Below, in pieces: positions 9,901 through 19,736 of a DNA stretch of 64,000 nucleotides. The DNA comes from an uncultured Phycisphaerales bacterium (GTDB lineage: Bacteria; Planctomycetota; Phycisphaerae; Phycisphaerales; SM1A02): the NCBI GenBank assembly GCA_938084645.1, contig CALKEP010000004.1, forward strand, positions 1-64,000, read 5' to 3'. Position 1 is the first letter of the stretch, and each line of letters starts with the position of its first letter. The translations under genes and the position numbers were made by a program. A model generated the notes under the pieces. The model saw nothing but the letters and a program-made list of their open reading frames with translations. It made no database searches and was not told where the DNA came from.

Positions 9901-11075
9901 GGTCCGATCTCCTGGATGTTGTCGCGGTTCAGTTCGTCGATGTCGAATCGACGGGTGGGGTCGATCCGGCGGTTGGGGCCCGCGCTCAGCAGCCCGAATT
10001 CGGCGCTCTTGAGCTGCGGGATCGTCGAGCGGTCGCCGTCGGCGTCCGCGATGCCGTTGGACTCGACGCCCGTCTCGATGATCCAGGGACGCATCGCGAA
10101 GAGGTCGCCGAGGTCGAAGGAGTCGACCTGCTCCGCCCTCGGATCGCCACCGGAGTACGGCCGGCGGTAATAGCGAATGGGCGTCCCCCAGTAGTCGAGG
10201 ATCACCTTCGGTCGATCCACGTAGTCGGGATCCTCGGGACGGGCGATCGACCCGTCAGGACGGAGTCCTCCGAGACTGTTCTCGTCCTTGATCTCGAGGT
10301 ACGGGCCGTAGATCCGGCCCCGGATCTTCACGCCGTTGTCGTTGATGTTGGGCGGGAACGACGTGCCGTCGGTCACGAAGCCACCGGGGTTGCGGGCCGC
10401 GAAGCTTCCAGTGAAGCCTTCGAAGCCGCGCCGGGGATTGAAGACCGAGTTCCACGCACCATCGAATCCGGGCGATCGGAAGCCGAGGGTCGGCGACTCG
10501 ATGCTGCCGGGAACGATGTCGGGAAAGGGATTCGCGTCGTTGGTGACGATGCCGTAGCCGTCGCCACTCCGGTTGCCGTATCCGAGCAGATACTCGGCCG
10601 GCGAGGTGAGCGAGAACCAGCCCTGGTAGTCGGCGACTTCGCCGGGTGACGGGTTCGAGCCCCACTCCGGCGGGAGGATCGCATCCCGCGACCAGCCCGG
10701 CTGGTTGTCGGGCGTGCCACCACCACCGAACGCGGCCCCGTCGCCGAGGACCGGTGGGAGATAGCCGTGGTCGCCCTTGAACTGCGCGAGGCCGGCGGAC
10801 ATCGAGTTCATGAGGAATGCGGTCTGGGCCTTCTGGGCCGTGCCCGAGGCCTGCGAGAGCGCGACCACGAGGATGCCGACGAGCACGATGATCATCGCGA
10901 GCGTCACGAGCATCTCGACCACCGTGAAGCCCCCCCGCGCGGCGACGGCGGTGCCGAAGCCGGGTCGGTTCGATCGGGCGAGCTGGTCGGTCCGTTGGAG
11001 CATGGATGCGTTTCCCGGCGTGCGCCCGCCCCGGGACGGACCCGGGACGGACGGACGTGGCGTGGTCGTGATCAC
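9897..11075 (-). CDS. Prepilin-type protein with GspG-like C-terminal motifs, up to 392 aa
   Basis: AARGG/FTVVEMLVTLAMIIVLVGILV; LDYWGTPIRYY...LLSAGPN...DNI. GTG start overlaps the pilC stop; an internal ATG is also possible. Confidence 0.85.
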   Translation of the reverse strand: MITTTPRPSVPGPSRGGRTPGNASMLQRTDQLARSNRPGFGTAVAARGGFTVVEMLVTLAMIIVLVGILVVALSQASGTAQKAQTAFLMNSMSAGLAQFKGDHGYLPPVLGDGAAFGGGGTPDNQPGWSRDAILPPEWGSNPSPGEVADYQGWFSLTSPAEYLLGYGNRSGDGYGIVTNDANPFPDIVPGSIESPTLGFRSPGFDGAWNSVFNPRRGFEGFTGSFAARNPGGFVTDGTSFPPNINDNGVKIRGRIYGPYLEIKDENSLGGLRPDGSIARPEDPDYVDRPKVILDYWGTPIRYYRRPYSGGDPRAEQVDSFDLGDLFAMRPWIIETGVESNGIADADGDRSTIPQLKSAEFGLLSAGPNRRIDPTRRFDIDELNRDNIQEIGP

Positions 11076-12364
11076 TTCGCCTGCGAGACGGATTCGATCA
11101 TCTTCACGAGCGGAAGGAAGAGGGCGAGCACGATGGTGCCGACGATGCCGCCGAGAATCACCACCATGAACGGTTCGAGCAGCGAGAGCAGCGAGGCGAC
11201 CGCCACGTCGACCTCTTCGTCGTAGTTGTCGGCGATCTTCATCAGCATGATGTCGAGGTCACCGGTCTCCTCGCCGACGTCGATCATGTTGACGACGATC
11301 GGATCGCAGACCTTCGCCTCGCGCAGCGGACCGGCGAACGTCTCGCCGTCCCGGATCGAGTCGTGCACGCTGGTCAACGCCTTCTCGTAGATGTAGTTGC
11401 CCGAGGTGTCCCGGGTGATCAGGATCGCCTCCAGGATCGGAACGCCGGCGCTGATGAGGGTGCCGAGGGTCCGCGTGAACCGCGCGATCGCGGTCTTGCG
11501 TATCAACTGGCCTATCACCGGCAGCCGCGCGAACACCACGTCGGTGATCGCCTTGCCCGGCCCGGTCACCCGCACCAGTTTGTAGAGCCCGAACACGAGG
11601 AACGGCGTCAACAGGATCCAGATCGCACCCGGTACCGCCTGATCCTCGCTGGACTGGCCCGCGACCCACTTCGAGGCCTTCACGAGCCACAGCGTCAGGC
11701 CCGGGAGTTCCACGTCGAAGTCGTTGAAGATCTCCTGGAACTTCGGGATCACGAAGTACATGATGCCGGTCACGATGAGGATCGCGATCGTGATGACCAC
11801 CGCGGGATAGATCAACGCGCCCTTGATGCGTCGCTTCAGCCGCTCGCCCTTCTCCATGAAGTCGGCGAGACGCTGGAGGATGATGTCCAGCACGCCGCCC
11901 ACCTCGCCGGCCGCGACCATCTTGGAGTAGAGACGGTCGAAGGCCTTGGGATGCTTGGCCATCGCGTCGGACAGGGCGGAGCCCGCCTCGACGTCCTCGG
12001 CGACGTCGCCGAGGATCGACTTCAGCTTGCCCGGTCGCTGCTGCGACTCGAGGATCTGCACCGACCGGAGCAGCGGCAGGCCCGCGTCCTGGAGCGTCGA
12101 GAGCTGACGGGTGAACGTCGTCATCTTCTTGAGGTTCACCTTCCCGATCGAGATCGAGAAGCCGCCACCCCGCTTCTTCTTGTTCTTCGCCACGTCCTTG
12201 CCGGACTTCTTCTGGCGACCCTTGACCTTGGCCTCCTCGACGAGTGTCGGGAAGTAGCCCTGGGCCTTGAGCTGTGCCTGGGCGTCGGCGTTGTCGGAGG
12301 CCTCGATGACCCCCTTCTGCTCCTTGCCCGCTGCGTTGACTGCTTCGTACTGGAAGGTCGGCAT
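11072..12364 (-). CDS. pilC: Type IV pilus / T2SS inner-membrane platform protein (PilC/GspF)
   Basis: MPTFQYEA N-terminus, FTRQLSTLQDAGLPL, GEVGGVLD, GEETGDLD, LLEP...LFLPL. Confidence 0.95.
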   Translation of the reverse strand: MPTFQYEAVNAAGKEQKGVIEASDNADAQAQLKAQGYFPTLVEEAKVKGRQKKSGKDVAKNKKKRGGGFSISIGKVNLKKMTTFTRQLSTLQDAGLPLLRSVQILESQQRPGKLKSILGDVAEDVEAGSALSDAMAKHPKAFDRLYSKMVAAGEVGGVLDIILQRLADFMEKGERLKRRIKGALIYPAVVITIAILIVTGIMYFVIPKFQEIFNDFDVELPGLTLWLVKASKWVAGQSSEDQAVPGAIWILLTPFLVFGLYKLVRVTGPGKAITDVVFARLPVIGQLIRKTAIARFTRTLGTLISAGVPILEAILITRDTSGNYIYEKALTSVHDSIRDGETFAGPLREAKVCDPIVVNMIDVGEETGDLDIMLMKIADNYDEEVDVAVASLLSLLEPFMVVILGGIVGTIVLALFLPLVKMIESVSQAK

Positions 12365-12465
12365 GGTCTGGTCTTCCTGATCCTCGTGTTTGGTACGGGT
12401 CGTCCGGGACGCCCGCGTTCAATCGACACCGGCGACCCCGCGGCCGCCGGAACCGTGGTGTCCGC

Positions 12466-14214
12466 TCACTCTTCCGCGATGGTCTCGCGGACGACTTCCT
12501 CGATCGTGCTCTGGCCCTCGTAGATCGCCAGAAGGCCCGATTCGCGGAGGGTCCGCATCCCTCGTCGCCGGGCTTCGTCGCGGAGCACCGCGGTGGAGGC
12601 CTGCGACATGATCATCTCGCGGAGCGTGTCGTCCAGCGTCATGATCTCGAAGATCGCCATCCGGCCCTTGTAGCCGGTCTTCATGCAGTTGCTGCAGCCG
12701 CGCCCTCGGAAGAAGGTCCTTCCCTCGACGTCGGCGGGAAGGAGCGAGAGCTCCATCAGCTGCTCCTCCGTCGGCACGAACTCCTCCTTGCACTTCTCGC
12801 AGATCTTCCGGATCAGTCGCTGGGCCACGATCGCTTCGAGCGTCGCGGTGAGCAGGAAGCTCTCGACGCCGAGATCGACGAGTCGAAGGACGGAACTGGG
12901 CGCATCGTTGGTGTGCAGCGTCGAAAACACGAGGTGACCCGTGAGCGACGCCTGAATCGCGATCTGCGCCGTCTCGAGGTCCCGGATCTCGCCCACCAGG
13001 ATGGTGTCGGGATCCTGCCGGAGGAAGGAGCGGAGCAGCTTGCTGAACGTGAGTTCCTGATCGACGTTCACCTGGCACTGGATGAGGCCGTCGATGTCGT
13101 ACTCGACGGGATCCTCGGCGGTGAGGATCTTCCGGTCCGGCGTGTTGAGCTCGGTGAGCGCCGCGTAGAGCGTGGTGGTCTTGCCCGAACCGGTCGGACC
13201 GGTGACCAGCACGATGCCGTTGGGCTTGTTGATCAGGCCGCGCACCCGTTCGAGGTCGTCGTCGCGAAGTCCGACGCGATCGAGACTCAGCTGGACGTTC
13301 GAGCGGTCGAGCACTCGAAGCACCACCGACTCACCGAACATCGTCGGGAGCACCGCGACCCGGAGGTCGATCGGGGCACCGGTCCCCGGCAGCGACATCT
13401 CGATCCGGCCGTCCTGGGGGAGTCGCCGTTCGGCGATGTCGAGCTTCGACATGACCTTGATGCGGCTGACGATGGGAAGGGCGAGCCGCTTGTCGGGAGG
13501 CGCCATCTCGTAGAGCACGCCGTCGATCCGGTAGCGGATCTTGAACTCCTCCTCGAACGGTTCGAAGTGGATGTCCGACGCCTTGTCGCGGATCGCGATG
13601 AGCAGCGTCTCCTGCACGAGCCGGACGATCGCGTTGTCGCCGGAGGCCTCTTCGAGCATGTCGAGATCGAGGGAATCGCCCCGGCCCTCGAGCGAAGCGA
13701 TGACGGCGGAGTCGCCGGCCTCGGCGTAGATCTCGCTGAAACCGCTGCCCTTCGCCGCGTAGCGTTCCTGAAGGATCTCGTCGATCTCCTCCGCGGAGGC
13801 GAGCACTGGCTTGACCCGCTTGAATCCGAGGAGGTTCCTCAGGTCGTCGACCGCCGCGAAGTTGTCGGGGCTCTTGACCGCCACCGCGATCGCGTTCCGC
13901 TCGGGATCGAACTTGATCGGCACGATCTGATAGGTCGTGGCGGTGGTCGCGGGGATCGCGGCGAAGGTCTCGTCCGAGATTTCGCGGTCCCGCAGGACGA
14001 CCTGCTCGATCCCGGCCTGCCCGGCGAGGGCGGCCCGGATGTCGTCTTCGGTGATGTATCCGAGATCGACGAGGATCTCACCGACCTTGCGACCGGCCTG
14101 GCCCTGCTGGACCTTGAGGGCCTCGTGGACCTGCTCCCGGGTGACCTTCCCGAGTTTCACGAGGACGCGACCGAACTTGCGTCCCTTCAATTCACTGGTG
14201 CTGACCTTGGCCAT
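12466..14214 (-). CDS. pilB: Type IV pilus extension ATPase PilB/GspE (copy 2)
   Basis: ASDIHFEP, Walker A GPTGSGKT, EDPVEY, LRQDPD..VGEIRD, TGHLVFSTLHTND, CEKC/CSNC zinc motif. AGGAG Shine-Dalgarno upstream. Confidence 0.95.
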   Translation of the reverse strand: MAKVSTSELKGRKFGRVLVKLGKVTREQVHEALKVQQGQAGRKVGEILVDLGYITEDDIRAALAGQAGIEQVVLRDREISDETFAAIPATTATTYQIVPIKFDPERNAIAVAVKSPDNFAAVDDLRNLLGFKRVKPVLASAEEIDEILQERYAAKGSGFSEIYAEAGDSAVIASLEGRGDSLDLDMLEEASGDNAIVRLVQETLLIAIRDKASDIHFEPFEEEFKIRYRIDGVLYEMAPPDKRLALPIVSRIKVMSKLDIAERRLPQDGRIEMSLPGTGAPIDLRVAVLPTMFGESVVLRVLDRSNVQLSLDRVGLRDDDLERVRGLINKPNGIVLVTGPTGSGKTTTLYAALTELNTPDRKILTAEDPVEYDIDGLIQCQVNVDQELTFSKLLRSFLRQDPDTILVGEIRDLETAQIAIQASLTGHLVFSTLHTNDAPSSVLRLVDLGVESFLLTATLEAIVAQRLIRKICEKCKEEFVPTEEQLMELSLLPADVEGRTFFRGRGCSNCMKTGYKGRMAIFEIMTLDDTLREMIMSQASTAVLRDEARRRGMRTLRESGLLAIYEGQSTIEEVVRETIAEE

Positions 14215-14237
14215 GCTCGTCGACGCTCCTGCGGGGT

Positions 14238-14397
14238 GTGACCGGTCGGGCCCGGGTGGGGCCTGAACGATGCTGTTTCCGGGATCCGTGGAACCGGCGG
14301 TTCACCGGCTCCAATCCAGAGCGCTGACGACCATCCACTTTTCGGATGGCGACCCCGAACGCCGGGGTCCGTGGAAACGGCCGGTCGAACCGGTCAC
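14238..14397 (-). promoter_or_regulatory. Candidate structured 5' leader of pilB copy 2
   Basis: Nested complementary segments: 14238-14248 with 14386-14397, 14275-14280 with 14373-14378, plus three internal hairpins. It ends just upstream of the SD, and an AT-rich promoter-like tract lies at about 14470-14575. Confidence 0.35.
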
Positions 14398-14603
14398 GCT
14401 TCCTCATGGCTGAGCTTCGCACCCTTGGAGCCGACCTCGGCCGGCACCTGGGAGCGGAACTCCGTCGTCACCATACTACGCACTGGATGACAAAGGGTTT
14501 CGGCGTTCTCGCAGCCCAAGGGGCATGCGACACGCGAAAATGAAATATCGTGAAAAACGATTCAAATCCGTGCTTTCGCCTCGATATCTCGCGGCGTTTC
14601 CAC

Positions 14604-15737
14604 TCAGGAGGCCTTCCCGGCCGATTCCGGGTCTGCCGATTCGTCCAATTCGCTTCGGCCGACCAACCCACCGGCCCGGTGGACCTTCTGGGTCAGGTCG
14701 CTCGCATCCTTGCCCTTGTCGATCATCTCCTCCGCGGAAATCATCCCCTTGGAGTAGAGCGACCAGAGGTGGTCGTCGAGCAGCTGCATGCCGAACTTCT
14801 TTCCGGTCTGGATCGCCGAGTCGATTCGGAAGGTCTTGTTCTCGCGGATCAGGTTGGAGATCGCGGGCGTGACCACGAGGAACTCGTAGGCCGCCACTCG
14901 ACCGGGCTTATCGGAGCGGGAGAGCAGCTGCTGGCTGAGCACCGCGATCAGCGCGACCGAGAGCTGGACCCGCACCTGGGCCTGCTGGTCGACCGGGAAC
15001 GCATCGATGATCCGGTTGATGGTGCCTGACGCGCCGGTGGTGTGGAGCGTGGCGAACACGAGGTGACCCGTCTCCGCCGCGGCGATCGCGGCCTCCATCG
15101 TCTCGAGGTCTCGCATTTCGCCGACGAGGATCACGTCTGGATCCTGTCGCAGCGCCCGCCGGAGCGATTCGGAGAAGGAAGGCACGTCGCCGCCCAGCTC
15201 GCGCTGGTTCACGATCGACTTCTTGTGGTGGTGGTAGTACTCGATCGGATCCTCGGTCGTGATCATGTGCCGATCCATGGTGTCGTTGATGAAGTCCAAC
15301 ATGGTGGCGAGCGAGGTCGTCTTCCCCGACCCGGTGGGGCCGGTCACGATGAAGAGGCCCCGAGGACGACGGATCAGCTCCTTGCAGATCGGCGGGAGGC
15401 CGATCTCCTCGAAGGTCAGCAGTTTGTTGGGGATCAGCCGGAGGACCATCGCGACGTGGCCACGCTGTCGGAACACCGCGACGCGGAATCGAGCCTTGTC
15501 GCCGTAGGCCATGCCGAAGTCGGTCGATCCGACCTCCTGCAGTTCCTGCTGGTTCTGCTCGGGCGTGATGGACTTCATCAACGCGACCATGTCGTCGGAA
15601 TCCAGCGTCTTCGTCTGGAGGTTCCGGAGCACGCCGTTGAGGCGGACCGTCGGCGGACGGCCCACCGTCAGGTGGAGGTCCGAGCAGTTCTGCTTGACGA
15701 CGGTGTCGAGAAGGCGGTCGATCTGGATCGTGGACAT
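14604..15737 (-). CDS. pilT: Type IV pilus retraction ATPase PilT
   Basis: SDLHL, GPTGSGKTT, EDPIEY, ALRQDPDVILVGEMRD, AETGHLVFATLHT, and the PilT-specific AISNLIRE motif. Confidence 0.95.
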   Translation of the reverse strand: MSTIQIDRLLDTVVKQNCSDLHLTVGRPPTVRLNGVLRNLQTKTLDSDDMVALMKSITPEQNQQELQEVGSTDFGMAYGDKARFRVAVFRQRGHVAMVLRLIPNKLLTFEEIGLPPICKELIRRPRGLFIVTGPTGSGKTTSLATMLDFINDTMDRHMITTEDPIEYYHHHKKSIVNQRELGGDVPSFSESLRRALRQDPDVILVGEMRDLETMEAAIAAAETGHLVFATLHTTGASGTINRIIDAFPVDQQAQVRVQLSVALIAVLSQQLLSRSDKPGRVAAYEFLVVTPAISNLIRENKTFRIDSAIQTGKKFGMQLLDDHLWSLYSKGMISAEEMIDKGKDASDLTQKVHRAGGLVGRSELDESADPESAGKAS

Positions 15738-15830
15738 GGGTCGAAAAACCGTTGATGGAGCGGGCGTCGACTGGAACGGACGACCGCGAAGGAACGAGAG
15801 GAGAAGCGGCCCGGGCGGGCCCGGACCGGA

Positions 15831-17576
15831 TCAGGCGGCGCCGATCTCCGAAGGATCGAAGCCTTCGATCTGCGCGAAACGAGCGACTTCCACCGGAGTG
15901 GTGATGCCGCGGAGGATCTTCAACTTGCCATCGCCGAGCAGGCTTCGCATGCCACCGCGGATGGCCGCCTCCCGGATCTTCGAGATCGACGCCCGCTCGA
16001 AGGCGAGCTCCCGGATTTCGGCGTTCATCACCATCATCTCGAAGATCGCCATGCGACCTCGATAGCCGTTGCCGTTGCAGGCGGCGCAACCGACCGCCTC
16101 GTGGATCTCGCCACCGGCGATCTCCTCCTCGCTGATGTTCACCAGCGAGAGCAGCTTCCGGTCCGGGTTGGGGTCGAGTCGCTTGCACTTCGGGCAGAGC
16201 ACCCGGATGAGCCGCTGAGCCATGATCGCCTGGATCGAACTCGCGACGAGGAACGGCTTGATCCCCATGTCGACGAGACGCGTGATCGCACTCGGGGCGT
16301 CGTTGGTATGGAGGGTCGAGAACACGAGGTGACCGGTGAGGGCCGCCTGGATCGCGATGTCCCCCACTTCACGGTCTCGGATCTCGCCGACCAGCACCAC
16401 GTTGGGTGCCTGCCGAAGCATGGCCTTGAGGATCAGCGGGAAGGTGAGCCCGATCGAATCGCGGACCTGCACCTGGTTGATGCCGTTGAAGTTGTACTCC
16501 ACCGGATCCTCGGCGGTGATGATCTTCCGGTTGGGCTCGTTGAGCACGTTGAGCGCGGAGTACAGCGTGGTGGTCTTGCCCGAACCAGTCGGTCCCGTCA
16601 CCAGGAAGATCCCGTTCGGGCGACGGATGATCTTGTTGAAGAGCTCGAGATTGTCGGGCTCGAAGCCGAGGCTCGGCAGGCCGATCTGCACGGAATCCGG
16701 CCGCAGCACTCGAAGGACCACGCTTTCCCCGTGATACGCGGGGCACGTCGAGACCCGGAAGTCGATCTGAGCACCGTCGATGGGCAGCTTGATTCGCCCG
16801 TCCTGGGGAATCCGGCGTTCCGAGATGTTCACACCCGCCATCAGCTTCAGTCGGGCGAGAATCGCCGACTGGTTCCGCTTGGGGAGACTCTGCCGGACGT
16901 GACAGACGCCGTCGATCCGGTACCGGAGTTCGACGCGGTCGTCGCGAGGCTCGACGTGGATGTCGCTCGCCCGGCCGCGGACCGCTTCGACGATGAGTTC
17001 GTTGACCAGCCGGACGATCTTGGAGTCGCCGGCGTCGACGTCGATGGAACTGTCGATCGAGCTGTCGACCGAGCTGTCCACGGACTTGTCGACGGTGACG
17101 TCGATCGAGTCCGGGCCCGCCTCGCCGCCACCGAGCTTCGCCGCCCCGCCCTCGCCGATCCAGTCCATCATCTGGGACTTGACGCCGACGACGAGATCGA
17201 ACTCCTGGGGAAGTCGGAATCGGAGGAGGTCCAGCATCTCCAGGTCCATCGGATCATGGACGAGCAGCCGGAGCCTGCCGCTCTCGGAGGACAGCGGGAT
17301 CACGCAGTGCTTCCGCACGATCTCCTCGTCGACCAGCGAGAGATCCACCTGTCCCGACCCTTCGGCGGTTCCGAGGTCCACGAAGTCCATCCCGGCCTGC
17401 CGGGCGAGGCTCGAGCCGACCTGGATCTCCGTGGCGAAGCCCTTTTCGACCAGCACCTCGCCGAGTCGCTTCCCGCTCTCGCGGGCCTCGGTCTCACAGG
17501 TGGCGATCGAGGACTCCTCGACGATGCCGTCGGCGACGAGGATCTCACCGAGTTTCTTGCGAACCTTCCTGGCCAA
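15831..17576 (-). CDS. pilB: Type IV pilus extension ATPase PilB/GspE (copy 1), ~581 aa
   Basis: ASDIHVEP, GPTGSGKTT, LRQAPN..VGEIRD, TGHLVFSTLHTND, CPKC/CAAC. Start reassigned to TTG 17576, with GGAG about 8 nt upstream. Confidence 0.93.
   Translation of the reverse strand: MARKVRKKLGEILVADGIVEESSIATCETEARESGKRLGEVLVEKGFATEIQVGSSLARQAGMDFVDLGTAEGSGQVDLSLVDEEIVRKHCVIPLSSESGRLRLLVHDPMDLEMLDLLRFRLPQEFDLVVGVKSQMMDWIGEGGAAKLGGGEAGPDSIDVTVDKSVDSSVDSSIDSSIDVDAGDSKIVRLVNELIVEAVRGRASDIHVEPRDDRVELRYRIDGVCHVRQSLPKRNQSAILARLKLMAGVNISERRIPQDGRIKLPIDGAQIDFRVSTCPAYHGESVVLRVLRPDSVQIGLPSLGFEPDNLELFNKIIRRPNGIFLVTGPTGSGKTTTLYSALNVLNEPNRKIITAEDPVEYNFNGINQVQVRDSIGLTFPLILKAMLRQAPNVVLVGEIRDREVGDIAIQAALTGHLVFSTLHTNDAPSAITRLVDMGIKPFLVASSIQAIMAQRLIRVLCPKCKRLDPNPDRKLLSLVNISEEEIAGGEIHEAVGCAACNGNGYRGRMAIFEMMVMNAEIRELAFERASISKIREAAIRGGMRSLLGDGKLKILRGITTPVEVARFAQIEGFDPSEIGAA
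17040..17111. repeat. Six degenerate 12-nt tandem units inside pilB copy 1
   Basis: gtcgatggaact gtcgatcgagct gtcgaccgagct gtccacggactt gtcgacggtgac gtcgatcgagtc; encodes DSID-VTVD-KSVD-SSVD-SSID-SSID. Confidence 0.75.
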
Positions 17577-17793
17577 AACGCTGGCTCCGATCTTGGGTCG
17601 TTCCGACCGCGGCGCGAGGCGGCGGTCCGAATCCGTTCTCTGGATGGCACGCCGGACGGCGTGTCGAACACTGCGAGGCCTCATCGGGATGACGGGCCCC
17701 GACCCCGATGGGGACGGAGGCCGGCGAGGCCCGCAGAGTCCCCTAGTATGGCGGTGCAGTCACTCGACTGCAATACGACCACCGTGATCGCAC

Positions 17794-18507
17794 GTGAGCA
17801 GCCCACCACCGACATCCTCCTCCGGAACCCCCCTCCGTTTCCTCGTCACCGCCGGCCCCACCTGGGAACCGGTCGACGAAGTCCGGTTTCTGGGAAACCG
17901 GTCCTCCGGACGACTTGGTGCGGCGATCGCCGACGCCGTGGCGGCCCGGGGCCATCGCATCACCCTGCTCCGGGGGCCCGCGACCACCGATCCCGCCCCG
18001 GGTCCGCACCGGATCGACCAGCGGTTCCAGACCGCGGCGGAACTCGAGGAACTTCTGGCCGGCCACTGGCCCGAAAACGACGTGCTGATCATGGCCGCCG
18101 CCGTCGCGGACTTCCGACCGATCCGGCGTGAGGGTTCGCCGAGGAAGATTCGTCGAGGCCACGGCTTCGGCTCGATCGACCTGGAACCGGTGCCCGATCT
18201 CCTCGCCGGGCTCGCCTCGGTCGATCATCCCGGAACCCGGATCGGATTCGCCCTCGAACCCGCCGAGGAACTCGAAGCGGCGGCGCGTCGCAAGCTCGCG
18301 GCGAAGCTGCTTCATGCGATCGTGGCGAATCCGATCGAGACGATGGAAGCCGACGGAATCGATGGGACGCTGCTGCTGGCCGACGGCACGTCGGCCCGCC
18401 CCGGACCGCGACCGGTCTCGAAACCGGCATTCGCCGACTGGCTGGTCGATCAGGCGATCGATCTGCATCGACGCCGGCTTCCCGACGCCGGGCCGTCGCA
18501 CGACTGA
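17794..18507 (+). CDS. coaB: Phosphopantothenate-cysteine ligase, stand-alone CoaB domain
   Basis: LVTAGPTWEPVDEVRFLGNRSSGRLG, MAAAVADF, IGFALE, IVAN. No CoaC flavoprotein domain is fused. Confidence 0.9.
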   Translation: MSSPPPTSSSGTPLRFLVTAGPTWEPVDEVRFLGNRSSGRLGAAIADAVAARGHRITLLRGPATTDPAPGPHRIDQRFQTAAELEELLAGHWPENDVLIMAAAVADFRPIRREGSPRKIRRGHGFGSIDLEPVPDLLAGLASVDHPGTRIGFALEPAEELEAAARRKLAAKLLHAIVANPIETMEADGIDGTLLLADGTSARPGPRPVSKPAFADWLVDQAIDLHRRRLPDAGPSHD

Positions 18508-18557
18508 CCCTATACTCACGCCCCCCTCTTCTCGAACCCCCCCGAAGGAACTTCGAC

Positions 18558-19583
<1,026 letters not shown>

Positions 19584-19629
19584 CCGAAGACGATCCTCGA
19601 ACGGCTCCCGTTCGATCCATCATTCCACG

Positions 19630-19666
19630 ATCCCACGCCGGCGTCGCCGTGCGTGGGATTCTTCTT
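19630..19666 (+). terminator. Putative intrinsic terminator after gnd
   Basis: ATCCCACGC-CGGC / GCCG-T-GCGTGGGAT hairpin followed by TCTTCTT, between convergent genes. Confidence 0.45.
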
Positions 19667-19736
19667 CCCCATGCCTGTTCGGAGCATGTGGTTCGACGAC
19701 CCCGTCGACCATCCGCACCCATCCGGAAGGACGCCA

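Noticed and set aside
14238..14397. c-di-GMP-I (GEMM) riboswitch
   Set aside because: A GAAA-containing loop is present, but the GGCAAAC and GCAAAGC elements are missing.
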